NCBI GenBank assembly: GCA_963783355.1
Contig: CAWANF010000009.1
Coordinates: 2,290-66,289, forward strand
Length of the DNA stretch: 64,000 nt
Reading direction: 5' to 3'
From: an uncultured bacterium
Lineage (GTDB): Bacteria; Bacteroidota; Rhodothermia; Balneolales; DATFMH01
This document shows positions 44,252 to 54,136 of this stretch, one piece after another. A program made the position numbers and the translations under genes. The notes beneath the pieces were generated by a model. It was not told the origin of the DNA. It worked only from the letters and a program-made list of their open reading frames with translations, and searched no databases. Each line of letters starts with the position of its first letter. The stretch's first letter is position 1.

Positions 44252-44290
44252 TACCGGCTTTACCTTTTTTTTATTATTTAAAATCACACA

Positions 44291-44356
44291 TATACAGTGA
44301 CCGTTGAACCGAGTGTTTCGAATATTCGGAATGGGTTTAACGGGTGGACCTGTATA
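44291..44356 (+). promoter_or_regulatory. long interrupted hairpin in the rpsB 5' leader
   Basis: Outer 7 bp tatacag/ctgtata. Inner 10 bp ccgttgaacc/ggtttaacgg with one G-U pair. Apical tttcga-atat-tcggaa. No T-run follows. It ends 30 nt before ATG 44386. Confidence 0.4.
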
Positions 44357-44385
44357 GAGGATTAACTCAAAACATATAAAATATC

Positions 44386-45252
44386 ATGCCTCAAGCAGCA
44401 TCAATTGAAGAATTATTGAAGGCTGGTGCCCATTTTGGACACCTTACCCGCCGCTGGAACCCCAAAATGCGTGAATTTATCTTCATGCAACGCAACGGGA
44501 TCCATGTTATCGACCTCAACAAGTCACAAAAATATCTTCAGGAATCACTCGACGCGGTCGCTCGTGTTGCCCGTTCCGGTAAGAAAATTTTGTTCGTCGG
44601 TACCAAAAAGCAAGCACAGGAAATTATTAAAACAGAAGCTCTGCGTTGTGGAATGCCTTACGTCACCCACCGCTGGCTGGGTGGAATGCTTACCAATTTC
44701 TCCACCGTACGTAAAAGTATTGCACGTATGGAAGAAATTGCCAATATGCAGAACGACGGAACCTACAATAATATCACGAAGAAAGAGCGTTTGATGCTCG
44801 ATCGCGAGAAAGGAAAACTTGAAAAAGTTCTCGCTGGTATTTCGAACATGGCTCGCATCCCAGGTGCTATATTTGTTGTTGATACCGTAAAAGAAAGTAT
44901 CGCCATGAATGAAGCTATCAAGCTGAATATCCCGATTTTTGCGATGGTTGATACTAACTGTGATCCCGATATTCCGGATTATATTATTCCCTGCAACGAT
45001 GATGCTTCCCGGACCATTCAATTGATTGCATCGAATTTTGCCGATGCCGTTATCGAAGGAGCCGCTGAACGCGAAGCATTTGAAGAAGAGAAATTAGCAC
45101 AGGAAGTTTCAAACAATGAATCAAAATCCAGTGCAAGTTCTGATCTCGATGATGACAAGGACCTTTCTGATGATGAAGAAGTGAGCAAACCAACTCGCAG
45201 AAGACACAGAAAAACCGGTACTAAAAAGAAAGGTTCTGATTCGGACGATTGA
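44386..45252 (+). CDS. rpsB: 30S ribosomal protein S2 with acidic/basic C-terminal tail
   Basis: LLKAGAHFGHLTRRWNPKM...VTHRWLGGMLTNF. Confidence 0.95.
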   Translation: MPQAASIEELLKAGAHFGHLTRRWNPKMREFIFMQRNGIHVIDLNKSQKYLQESLDAVARVARSGKKILFVGTKKQAQEIIKTEALRCGMPYVTHRWLGGMLTNFSTVRKSIARMEEIANMQNDGTYNNITKKERLMLDREKGKLEKVLAGISNMARIPGAIFVVDTVKESIAMNEAIKLNIPIFAMVDTNCDPDIPDYIIPCNDDASRTIQLIASNFADAVIEGAAEREAFEEEKLAQEVSNNESKSSASSDLDDDKDLSDDEEVSKPTRRRHRKTGTKKKGSDSDD

Positions 45253-45312
45253 TTGATTCTTCCTCTATTCAGACCTTAACAACAATTTTTAAGTTTAAAG
45301 TATAAATCAAGA

Positions 45313-46140
45313 ATGAGTATTTCTGCAGCAGACGTCAAAGCACTACGCGACAGAACCGGTGCCGGAATGATGGATTGTAAAAAAGCCCTCGCCGAAGCGA
45401 ATGGCGACATGGATGCCGCCATTGAGTTCCTTCGTAAGAAAGGCCAAAAGGTATCCGAAAAAAGAGCTGATCGCGAAGCTAACCAAGGTATTATCGTTAC
45501 AAAAATCGGTGACTCTAAAGCGGTCGCCCTTGCCTTAAACTGTGAAACGGACTTTGTAGCCCGTAATGAAGAATTCATACAGGCTGCCAACGATTTTGCT
45601 GATATAGCATATAACAAAGAGACAACAGACCTCGCTGTTATTGGCAAAGAATCGGTAAACGGTAAAACGGTCGAACAATACCTGGAAGAACTGGTAGGGA
45701 AAATTGGCGAAAAAATCGAGATCAGCCGCGTTGAGCTCATAAAAAACAGCGGCTCAATCGTCGAATACATTCACCCCGGCAACCAGTTAGCTGTATTGTT
45801 GGCATTGGATGGCAGTTTGGATAACGAAGAAGTCGGTAAGGATGTAGCTATGCAAATAGCTGCTATGAATCCGATTGCCGTATCGAAAGAAGAAGTTCCG
45901 ACCGATGTTCTCGATAAAGAACTTGAAATCGCTAAAGAACAGCTTATCAATGAAGGTAAACCGGTAGAAATCGCAGAAAAAGCGGCTCAGGGTAAAATTC
46001 GCCGTTTTTATGAAGAACGCGTTTTATTGGAACAAAAATTTGTTAAAGACAGCAGCCTTACTGTAAAACAGTATCTGCAACAAAACGGGGCACCCAATGT
46101 TGTCTCGTTCAAAAGATTGCAATTAGGCGAAACAGCTTAA
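45313..46140 (+). CDS. tsf: elongation factor Ts
   Basis: VKALRDRTGAGMMDCKKALAEANGDMDAAIEFLRKKG. Confidence 0.95.
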   Translation: MSISAADVKALRDRTGAGMMDCKKALAEANGDMDAAIEFLRKKGQKVSEKRADREANQGIIVTKIGDSKAVALALNCETDFVARNEEFIQAANDFADIAYNKETTDLAVIGKESVNGKTVEQYLEELVGKIGEKIEISRVELIKNSGSIVEYIHPGNQLAVLLALDGSLDNEEVGKDVAMQIAAMNPIAVSKEEVPTDVLDKELEIAKEQLINEGKPVEIAEKAAQGKIRRFYEERVLLEQKFVKDSSLTVKQYLQQNGAPNVVSFKRLQLGETA

Positions 46141-46159
46141 TTCCCCATTTCAAAAAAAA

Positions 46160-46188
46160 AGGCTACCTTTCGGGTGGCCTTTTTTTTA
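46160..46188 (+). terminator. bidirectional-type terminator after tsf
   Basis: A9, then aggctacc-tttcg-ggtggcct, then T8. Confidence 0.7.
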
Positions 46189-46218
46189 TCCATTAACTTT
46201 TTAATTGAAGATAAACAG

Positions 46219-46932
46219 GTGGGAGCATATAAACGAATTCTACTCAAACTCAGTGGTGAAGCCCTTTTAGGCGAACAGGGGCACGGAATTGACGGCAAGG
46301 TTTTAACCCAATATGCCAATGAAATAAAAGCAGTTCATGAATTCGGGACGGAGATAGCTATCGTAATGGGTGGTGGTAATATCTTCAGAGGTGTCAAAGG
46401 AGCAACCGCCGGAATGGATCGGGTTCAGGGTGATTATATGGGAATGCTGGCTACGATGATCAACAGCATGGCACTCCAGGATGCTCTCGAACGAAAAGGG
46501 GTTCAAACCCGGTTGATGTCAGCTATCAGAATGGAACAAATCGCCGAACCATATATCCGAAGAAGAGCGGTTCGCCACCTCGAAAAAGGAAGAGTCGTCA
46601 TTTTTGGAGCCGGAACCGGTAATCCCTATTTCACAACCGACACCGCAGCTTCGCTAAGGGCCATCGAAGTGGAAGCCGATGTCATTATGAAAGGAACACG
46701 CGTTGACGGAGTCTTTGATTCTGATCCCGAGAAAAATCCGGATGCCGAAAAATTTGATATCATTACCGGTGATGAAATTTTAAGCCGCCGATTAAATGTC
46801 ATGGATCTGACCGCTTTTACCTTATGCCGGGATAATAAAACGCCTATTATCGTATTCAATATGAACATCAACGGTAATTTGCTGAAAGTCGTTCAAAAAA
46901 ATCCGGTTGGTTCTACCGTTGTTTGGGATTAA
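46219..46932 (+). CDS. pyrH: UMP kinase
   Basis: [13 protein letters not shown]...GGGNIFRG. The track ORF start 46174 lies inside the terminator, so GTG 46219 is more likely. Confidence 0.9.
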   Translation: MGAYKRILLKLSGEALLGEQGHGIDGKVLTQYANEIKAVHEFGTEIAIVMGGGNIFRGVKGATAGMDRVQGDYMGMLATMINSMALQDALERKGVQTRLMSAIRMEQIAEPYIRRRAVRHLEKGRVVIFGAGTGNPYFTTDTAASLRAIEVEADVIMKGTRVDGVFDSDPEKNPDAEKFDIITGDEILSRRLNVMDLTAFTLCRDNKTPIIVFNMNINGNLLKVVQKNPVGSTVVWD

Positions 46933-47031
46933 AGTATTTTTTTCATTATCTATTTCTTCTATCTTTTTTACTTGAGAATAGATAGAATGTTAATAGTTTA
47001 AATTTAATACTTTGAAATTCATCATAAGCCT

Positions 47032-47598
47032 ATGATACCTGAGCTAAAAATTTTTTTTGAAGAAGCCGAATTAGAGATGCAGGATGCATTCGAATTTCTG
47101 AAACGGGAATTGTCGCATATCCGTGCTGGAAAAGCTACTCCTCAATTACTGGATGGCGTAAAAGTAGATTATTACGGAACTCAAACACCATTAAACCAAT
47201 TAGCCAGTGTTTCAGCTCCCGAAGCCCGCCTGCTTGTTGTACAACCGTGGGACAAATCATCTATCCAATCGATTGAGAAAGCTATCATGTCTTCCGGACT
47301 CGGACTTAATCCGAACAACGATGGTACGTTAATCCGTATTCCATTGCCGGTTCTTTCTGAAGAACGACGCCAGGAACTGGTAAAACTGGCTCACGAAATA
47401 GCCGAAGGTGCTCGTGTAAGTATTCGCAATGCGCGTCGGGATGCTAATGATCATATAAAAAAAGCGGTGAAAGATGATTCGCTTCCTGAAGATTCAAAAT
47501 TTGAGACCGAAGAGGAAGTCCAGAAACTAACCGACAAGCACATCGAATTGGTTGAAGAATATCTCAAAAAGAAAGAAAGCGAAATACTTACAGTATAA
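47032..47598 (+). CDS. frr: ribosome recycling factor
   Basis: LSHIRAGKATPQLLDGVKVDYYG...NIRNARRDAND. Confidence 0.95.
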   Translation: MIPELKIFFEEAELEMQDAFEFLKRELSHIRAGKATPQLLDGVKVDYYGTQTPLNQLASVSAPEARLLVVQPWDKSSIQSIEKAIMSSGLGLNPNNDGTLIRIPLPVLSEERRQELVKLAHEIAEGARVSIRNARRDANDHIKKAVKDDSLPEDSKFETEEEVQKLTDKHIELVEEYLKKKESEILTV

Positions 47599-47648
47599 TT
47601 CGTAAGCTAACAAAGCAGATTTCACTTTAACAGGGACCCGCACCTTCC

Positions 47649-50600
47649 ATGTATCTTGCTGAATTAGAATTGCATGGCTTCAAAAGTTTTGCCAACCGGA
47701 CTCGCATTAAGTTCGATAGTGGTATTACGGCTATTGTGGGACCGAATGGCTGCGGCAAATCCAATATTGTCGATTCTATTCGCTGGGTGCTGGGTGAACA
47801 ACGTCCGTCCCTGCTTCGTTCTTCGGCAATGTCGAATGTCATTTTTAACGGGACAGCCCAGAAAAAAGCCCTCGGCCTGGCGGAAGTTTCCGTTACTATC
47901 GAAAATAATAAGGGCATCCTTCCCACCGAATACAAAGATGTCACGATTACCCGCCGCCTTTATCGCTCCGGCGACAGCGAATACCTGCTCAACAATACGC
48001 CTTGCCGTCTGAAGGATATCATAGAATTATTCATGGATACCGGCATGGGCTCAAATGCTTATTCTGTTATTGAGCTCAAAATGGTAGAGGAAATTCTCAA
48101 TGATAAGAATAATGACCGCAGAAAACTGTTTGAAGAAGCCGCAGGAGTAACCAAGTATAAGGAAAAACGACGGCTCACATTCAAAAGACTGGAAGAAACA
48201 CGTGGCGATTTACAACGCGTGGAAGATATTCTGGTTGAGATTCGAAAAAACACCCGTTCTCTTCAGTTGCAGGCCTCACGGGCGAAACGAGCTAAAGAAT
48301 ATGGGGAACAACTTTGGCAATTAGATCAATCCGTTGCACTCTATGAGTTTGAGAATATTCAGAAAGAACTGAAACCGCTTATGGAGCGAATCGTCAATGC
48401 AGAGACGGAAAAAGAAGAATTTATCCGGACCATCGAACGGCTCGAGCAGCAGGAACAGGCGGCCCGGGAAGCTTTGCGACGTAAAGAAATGAATTTGGGC
48501 GAAGCGCAGAAAAATGCCCATATTGTTCAGAATACGATTCGTGAGATGGAAACGACGCTTAAAATTACCCGGGAAAAGATTGTCAACGAAGAAAACACGA
48601 TTAAGCAGTATGAACTGGATATTTATCAGTCGGAAGAGGAAATCAAAAATCTTCGCAAGGATATTCAGATTGGGGAAAAGGAACTCACTTTAGTTGAAGA
48701 GCGAAAAACATCCGTTGCCGCTGAACTGGAAGAAGCTAAAACAAATTTTGAATCATTTGAGCAGCGTCTGAGCGAAGCGCGGACGAGCCTGGAATCAACG
48801 ACAAAGTCATATAATCAGGCTAATTCCGAGTTAAACAACCTGCAAAACAGTAAAATCAGGATTGAATCGAGGCTGGAAAACAGCAATGAAGATCTGGAAC
48901 GCATCAATAAGCAGATTGAAAATACAATCAAAGATATTGATGCGCTGAATACGGAAGAAACCGGCCTGAAAAAGAAAATGGACGCGTTTCAATACGAATT
49001 GGAACAAGCCGAAGATCGTCTGGATCAAGCACGCAAAGATCGCGAACGCCTTGCACTTCAACAAAATGAACTAAAGGATAAAATACGCGCCGGACAAAGC
49101 CGACTCGATGCCATCGAATCGGAAATCGTGCTGATGCAGAATATTGCCAATTCTCATGAGGCTTTCCCTTCAAGCGTTCAGTTTCTGCTGGAAAACAAGA
49201 AAGATTTTGGAAAAATAGAAGTCGTTTCAGACGTCTTATCCACGAATGAAAAATATGCTATCGCCCTGGAGTCGGTTTTAGGCGAAGCCTGCAATTACCT
49301 TGTCGTGGATTCCCTGAATGATGCCCATCGGGGAATTGAACTGCTCAAACAGAATAAAAAAGGGAAATCTACTTTCATCCCGTTAGACGCCCTGCATAAC
49401 GATTACGAAACAGCAGATGGGTCACTTTACGATTATGTACAAAGCAATTCTCAGTATGATAAATTAAAAAAATTACTGCTTGGACATGTTTTTGTTTTTC
49501 AATCGGTTGACGAAGGCATGGCTCATTGCCGTCAAAACAGGAATCATACCGGGATTACCTTCGAAGGCGATTTAATCACCGCGGATGGATTTATTCGCAG
49601 TGGCAGTGCCAATAAAAACGTGGGTATCCGGGTTGGTTTGAAAGATAAAATTGAACAGCTCGAACGAAAAGCTTTATCTGCTGAAGATGAAATTGATCAA
49701 CTGAAGATTCAGTTGCAGCAAGCCGAGCAGCAATACCGGAATCTGTCTACGGAAACGCTGAATAACAAGGTAAAAGAACTCGGACAGGATGTACGTCGGG
49801 TAGAGTCACAATCGAGCTCTCTGCAAGCCCGCAAGGCCGTCTATGAGAAGAATGTGGCAGATTATCGCATCCGTCTCGAGAAGTTAAATGATGATCGCCA
49901 GCATTCCGGTGAAGAGATTAAAGAAATCCAGCCAAACATTGAAGTGCTAAATGGCAAACTGAAAGAATTACTCGGCAGCCAGTTCGATCAGAAAAATACA
50001 CTGGAAAAAATTGAAGAAAGCCGCAATCGATCACAAAGCCGGTTCAATGAGATCAAACTCAAATTTCAGAATGTCGAAAATGAAGTCCTGAATTATAAAA
50101 AGGATATTGAACGGGCGAATCAGGGTATTGAGTCTATCAAAGAACGCCTGCAGCAACGTTCTGAAAATGCCCGTTTAAGTAAGGATCGGATTTTAAGCTA
50201 TCGGAATGTCATTGAAGAATCGAATCAGGAACTGGAACATCTTCAGGAGAAGAAAAAACAGGCTGATGAGGCTCTTTCCGATGCCGACGAAGCCTGCGCT
50301 AAAGAACGAGGCCATATCAACCAGATTGAAGAGGATCTGCGTGATCGGAGACGCAAACGTGAAGTGAATATGGAACTGCTTCACCATCTCAATATGGCGA
50401 AATCCCAGTTCGATATGCAGTCCAAAAACATTGCTGATCACATCTGGGAAACCTACAATATCCTCATTGAAAATATCGAAGTGGTTCTCCCAGACGATCT
50501 GGATGTAAAGAAGGCCAAAGAAACAATATCGGAACTGCGGCAAAAGCTGAAAAATATCGGGGAAGTAAATCCGCTGGCCATCGAGGAATACAACAAGGAA

Positions 50601-51167
50601 AACGAGCGTCTCGAGTTCTACGAGCAGCAAATCAATGACCTTATCGAAGCAGAAGCTAAACTTAGGGACACCATTGCTGAAATCAACGAGACAGCCCAGG
50701 AACGATTCAGTTCTACATTCAATCAAATCAGGGAAAACTTCAAGACGGTTTTTAATACGCTCTTTGATGAAAACGATCATTGCGATTTGATCATCGAAGA
50801 AAATCCGGATGATCCCCTGGAATCCCGGGTGGAAATCATCGCTAATCCGCGCGGTAAACGCCCTAGCAGCATCAGCCAGTTATCCGGAGGTGAAAAAACG
50901 CTGACGGCCATTGCCCTGCTTTTCGCCATCTACCTGGTCAAGCCCTCTCCTTTCTGTATCCTTGACGAAGTCGATGCCCCGCTTGATGATGCCAATATCG
51001 AACGCTTCGCAAAGATCCTGCGCCGTTTCAGCAAAGACACTCAATTTATCGTCATTACCCACAATAAGCAGACGATGGAGAAGGCTGAAATGATGTACGG
51101 TGTTACCATGCCGCAAATCGGTGTGAGCCAGCTCGTGGGCGTACGTATGGACAATATTCCAGTCTAG
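47649..51167 (+). CDS. smc: chromosome segregation protein SMC
   Basis: 1172 aa. GPNGCGKSN Walker A, long coiled coils, LSGGEKTLTAIALLFA signature, ILDEVDAPLD Walker B. Confidence 0.95.
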   Translation: MYLAELELHGFKSFANRTRIKFDSGITAIVGPNGCGKSNIVDSIRWVLGEQRPSLLRSSAMSNVIFNGTAQKKALGLAEVSVTIENNKGILPTEYKDVTITRRLYRSGDSEYLLNNTPCRLKDIIELFMDTGMGSNAYSVIELKMVEEILNDKNNDRRKLFEEAAGVTKYKEKRRLTFKRLEETRGDLQRVEDILVEIRKNTRSLQLQASRAKRAKEYGEQLWQLDQSVALYEFENIQKELKPLMERIVNAETEKEEFIRTIERLEQQEQAAREALRRKEMNLGEAQKNAHIVQNTIREMETTLKITREKIVNEENTIKQYELDIYQSEEEIKNLRKDIQIGEKELTLVEERKTSVAAELEEAKTNFESFEQRLSEARTSLESTTKSYNQANSELNNLQNSKIRIESRLENSNEDLERINKQIENTIKDIDALNTEETGLKKKMDAFQYELEQAEDRLDQARKDRERLALQQNELKDKIRAGQSRLDAIESEIVLMQNIANSHEAFPSSVQFLLENKKDFGKIEVVSDVLSTNEKYAIALESVLGEACNYLVVDSLNDAHRGIELLKQNKKGKSTFIPLDALHNDYETADGSLYDYVQSNSQYDKLKKLLLGHVFVFQSVDEGMAHCRQNRNHTGITFEGDLITADGFIRSGSANKNVGIRVGLKDKIEQLERKALSAEDEIDQLKIQLQQAEQQYRNLSTETLNNKVKELGQDVRRVESQSSSLQARKAVYEKNVADYRIRLEKLNDDRQHSGEEIKEIQPNIEVLNGKLKELLGSQFDQKNTLEKIEESRNRSQSRFNEIKLKFQNVENEVLNYKKDIERANQGIESIKERLQQRSENARLSKDRILSYRNVIEESNQELEHLQEKKKQADEALSDADEACAKERGHINQIEEDLRDRRRKREVNMELLHHLNMAKSQFDMQSKNIADHIWETYNILIENIEVVLPDDLDVKKAKETISELRQKLKNIGEVNPLAIEEYNKENERLEFYEQQINDLIEAEAKLRDTIAEINETAQERFSSTFNQIRENFKTVFNTLFDENDHCDLIIEENPDDPLESRVEIIANPRGKRPSSISQLSGGEKTLTAIALLFAIYLVKPSPFCILDEVDAPLDDANIERFAKILRRFSKDTQFIVITHNKQTMEKAEMMYGVTMPQIGVSQLVGVRMDNIPV

Positions 51168-51180
51168 TCAGTTAGCAGTT

Positions 51181-51284
51181 GTGCCTTTGTGCCTTTGTGC
51201 CTTTGTGCCTTTGTGCCTTTGTGCCTTTGTGCCTTTGTGCCTTTGTGCCTTTGTGCCTTTGTGCCTTTGTGCCTTTGTGCCTTT
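51181..51284. repeat. perfect (GTGCCTTT)x13 microsatellite
   Basis: 104 nt of exact 8-mer repeats between the smc stop (51167) and the ispH start (51359). Followed by aaaaga. Confidence 0.95.
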
Positions 51285-51358
51285 AAAAGATACCAAAAAC
51301 CGCGTTTAGTCCGTATATTTACTTCAACAGGTTGAATAGATTGAACGTTTATCATACC

Positions 51359-52606
51359 ATGGCCAAGAAATTTAATATCCCGGGACTTTTCCAGTCTCCG
51401 ATCATAAAAACTATCAAAAACTCGCAGCAAATTCTGGATCCGCGAAAGAAAGATTTAGAACCGAGTGTTCTCGATTTCGGGACTGTTCGTTTTTTAATTC
51501 CAAGACATTTCGGTTTTTGTTATGGCGTACAGAATGCCATTGATATTGCCTATCGTACCGTAGAAGATCATCCGGATAAAAACATTTATCTGCTCAGCGA
51601 GATGATTCATAATCCGGCTGTAAATGAAGAATTGTCACGCAGAGGCGTTAAATTCCTGTTTGATACCGACGGCTCGGAACGCATTCCATTACATTCACTG
51701 TCACCTGAAGATATCGTCATTGTGCCGGCATTCGGAACGACCCTGGAATTGCAGGAGCAGCTCGAAGATTTGGGCATCGATCCCTACACCTACGACACAA
51801 CCTGTCCCTTTGTCGAGAAAGTCTGGAAAAGAGGTTCTCAGTTGGGAAAAGAAGGTTATGCCATTGTTGTTCATGGAAAGCACCGGCATGAGGAAACCCG
51901 GGCCACCTTTTCTCATAGTGCCAAATTGGCTCCAACTGTTATCGTTTTAAACACAGAAGAAGCGCAAATTCTGGCAGAAATCTTGCTAAAAAAACGCCCT
52001 CCGGATGATTTTCAAACCTATTTCGGAATGAAATCAACCCCTGGATTCAATCCTTTGACGGATATGGACCGGTTCGGGGTCATCAATCAGACAACCATGC
52101 TGGCTACGGAAACGCAAGAAGTCATGGAAATACTGAAGGATGCCGTAAAACAACGTTTTGGTGATAAGAAAGTCAACGAACATTTTGCCGATACTTCAGA
52201 CACCCTATGTTACGCTACCAATGAAAATCAATCGGCGACACGGGCGCTGATGAAACAAGCGGATGTTGATGTTGCTTTGGTTGTCGGGGGTTACAATTCA
52301 TCAAATACTATGCACATCGTGGAATTACTCGAATCCACATTCCCGACTTATCATGTTAAAGATGCCGGCGAACTTATCTCAACCAAAGAAATACAGCATT
52401 TTGACCAGTGGGAAAAACTTGTCAAAACGTCTACTCTCTGGCTTCCCGAAAAACAGCCTCTGACTATTGCCGTTACTTCCGGCGCTTCGTGCCCTGATGC
52501 TCTGGTCGACGAGGTCATTCTCAAAATCATATCCTGGATTCCGGAGACCAAACCAATCGAAGACGTTTTGGTGCCATTTGAAAAGACGGAAAGTAATGAG
52601 TATTGA
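51359..52606 (+). CDS. ispH: 4-hydroxy-3-methylbut-2-enyl diphosphate reductase (long form)
   Basis: PRHFGFCYGVQNAI, TTCPFVEKVW, VVHGKHRHEE and GVINQTT. Confidence 0.9.
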   Translation: MAKKFNIPGLFQSPIIKTIKNSQQILDPRKKDLEPSVLDFGTVRFLIPRHFGFCYGVQNAIDIAYRTVEDHPDKNIYLLSEMIHNPAVNEELSRRGVKFLFDTDGSERIPLHSLSPEDIVIVPAFGTTLELQEQLEDLGIDPYTYDTTCPFVEKVWKRGSQLGKEGYAIVVHGKHRHEETRATFSHSAKLAPTVIVLNTEEAQILAEILLKKRPPDDFQTYFGMKSTPGFNPLTDMDRFGVINQTTMLATETQEVMEILKDAVKQRFGDKKVNEHFADTSDTLCYATNENQSATRALMKQADVDVALVVGGYNSSNTMHIVELLESTFPTYHVKDAGELISTKEIQHFDQWEKLVKTSTLWLPEKQPLTIAVTSGASCPDALVDEVILKIISWIPETKPIEDVLVPFEKTESNEY

Positions 52607-52666
52607 GATGATAGATGTAGGACGATAGATTCTAGAATACCTAATACTCTGGAGAAGCGAATGCCG

Positions 52667-53689
52667 TCAGGGTTTTTCGCTCGATAATACCGTATAATAG
52701 GCAACTTTTGTAGGTTGATAGGATCTAAGCTTCACATGCAAATTGTTCTCATTTTCCTGGATAACCGGCGATATAAAACCTGTAGAATCGCGTAATATAT
52801 CCCGATAAGATACATAAGCATTAAACAGGGTTAAATTCTGTGCTTTTTCATATTCATTAATCGGGACATTGTATTTCACACTAATCATGGACGGACTGTA
52901 GGTCACATGACGCCCCTTTGGCAAATTTTTCGTCTGAATACTAATCTTTGCCACTCCCTCCGTAAATTCTTCAACTTTAGCCTGGTAGTGAACTTTGGAA
53001 ACATTGATATGCAGAATATTAATCGGTTTTTCCAGCGGAACTTCGATATTAATATTATTCTTGATATCACCAAGCTGACGTTCTTCCGTTTTCCAGTTGT
53101 CAATATTGTCGACTATCGACTTCGCACCACTGATGACCACACTATCCGGCGTGATCGCAGGTTCACCGACAACATCATATTGTGTTTTCGTTTTTACTTC
53201 TACATTAGGGACAATCGGGACCTTCTTTGTAACCTGGTTTTCCAGGTGTATGGATATGACCGATGGCTGAACTTTTATGACATTCACCCCGGCAAAAGCA
53301 TTCATCTGTTCCCTGACGATATCATAAAAATTCATCTCTCCTTCCACAGGATCAATCCGTACCGGCGGAGGATTATGATACAGATTTATCAATTTCCAAC
53401 CTTCGCCGCTAAAATTCACGACGGCATCATTAGGCAGCGGGGCCGACAACGCCTTTTTGGGTGGAAGCTGCCCGAGTGCAATCGGTATTTTAACGGTCAG
53501 TGTGAAAGGCCTGCTCAGATTGACTAAAAACCACAAAACAAGGGCAATGATATAAGCAAAACCGAAGACTATGAGCTTCTCCCTGCGAGTCAGGCCAGGA
53601 CCATCATCGTCCTGACTGCTGCTCAGGAAACCAATTCTGATCTTCTTTATTTTACCCAGTAAGCTATTCCAGATTTGTCCGGTTTCCAA
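52667..53689 (-). CDS. YbbR-domain protein
   Basis: N-terminal TM segment, then repeated YbbR-like modules (VKIPIAL.., VPIVPNVEVKTKTQYDV.., VHYQAKVEEFTEG). TTG start. Confidence 0.7.
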   Translation of the reverse strand: METGQIWNSLLGKIKKIRIGFLSSSQDDDGPGLTRREKLIVFGFAYIIALVLWFLVNLSRPFTLTVKIPIALGQLPPKKALSAPLPNDAVVNFSGEGWKLINLYHNPPPVRIDPVEGEMNFYDIVREQMNAFAGVNVIKVQPSVISIHLENQVTKKVPIVPNVEVKTKTQYDVVGEPAITPDSVVISGAKSIVDNIDNWKTEERQLGDIKNNINIEVPLEKPINILHINVSKVHYQAKVEEFTEGVAKISIQTKNLPKGRHVTYSPSMISVKYNVPINEYEKAQNLTLFNAYVSYRDILRDSTGFISPVIQENENNLHVKLRSYQPTKVAYYTVLSSEKP

Positions 53690-53792
53690 ATCAGTTCACT
53701 TTCGTTAAAATTAACTTAAACCATTGTCATTTAGTAATATAAGCCTATTTGAATATAGACCCAGTCTATCCGAATGTCAACCGAATGACCGA

Positions 53793-54092
53793 TTATGAAC
53801 GAACAATTATTTCTTTAATTATTTGTTCCTTAACCGAGTGATTCAATTTTTGGGTGATTGAATACCTTTGCATATGTAGCTCATGTCTCCAAATAGGATT
53901 TTTAACATGCACATACAGGCGATCACCTTCAAAATGCAGGTTCTCGCATTGATTTGCTATGGCACTTCCTACCGTTTCGGGCCAAAGTGAGAGAATCATG
54001 CCCTTTTTCAGTTTTTTCCGATGAGGAAAATCCCGGATATAATCCTTTAGTATTGAACTCAGCGCCTTGGGTTCTCTGTTATAATAGGCCAT
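53793..54092 (-). CDS. DUF721 (DciA-like) protein
   Basis: 99 aa directly downstream of recF. LWPETVGSAIANQCENLHFEGDRLYVHVKNPIWRHEL. Confidence 0.75.
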   Translation of the reverse strand: MAYYNREPKALSSILKDYIRDFPHRKKLKKGMILSLWPETVGSAIANQCENLHFEGDRLYVHVKNPIWRHELHMQRYSITQKLNHSVKEQIIKEIIVRS

Positions 54093-54136
54093 TTACAGCA
54101 CTCCGATTGTAACACGTTAAACAGTAGGAATGATAC

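Noticed and set aside
51181-51284. The array could be mistaken for a CRISPR locus or a repeat-protein gene. ORF 51164-51430 on the minus strand translates to KGTKAQRH repeats.
   Set aside because: The units are 8 nt, contiguous and without spacers. The ORF is simply a translation of the microsatellite.
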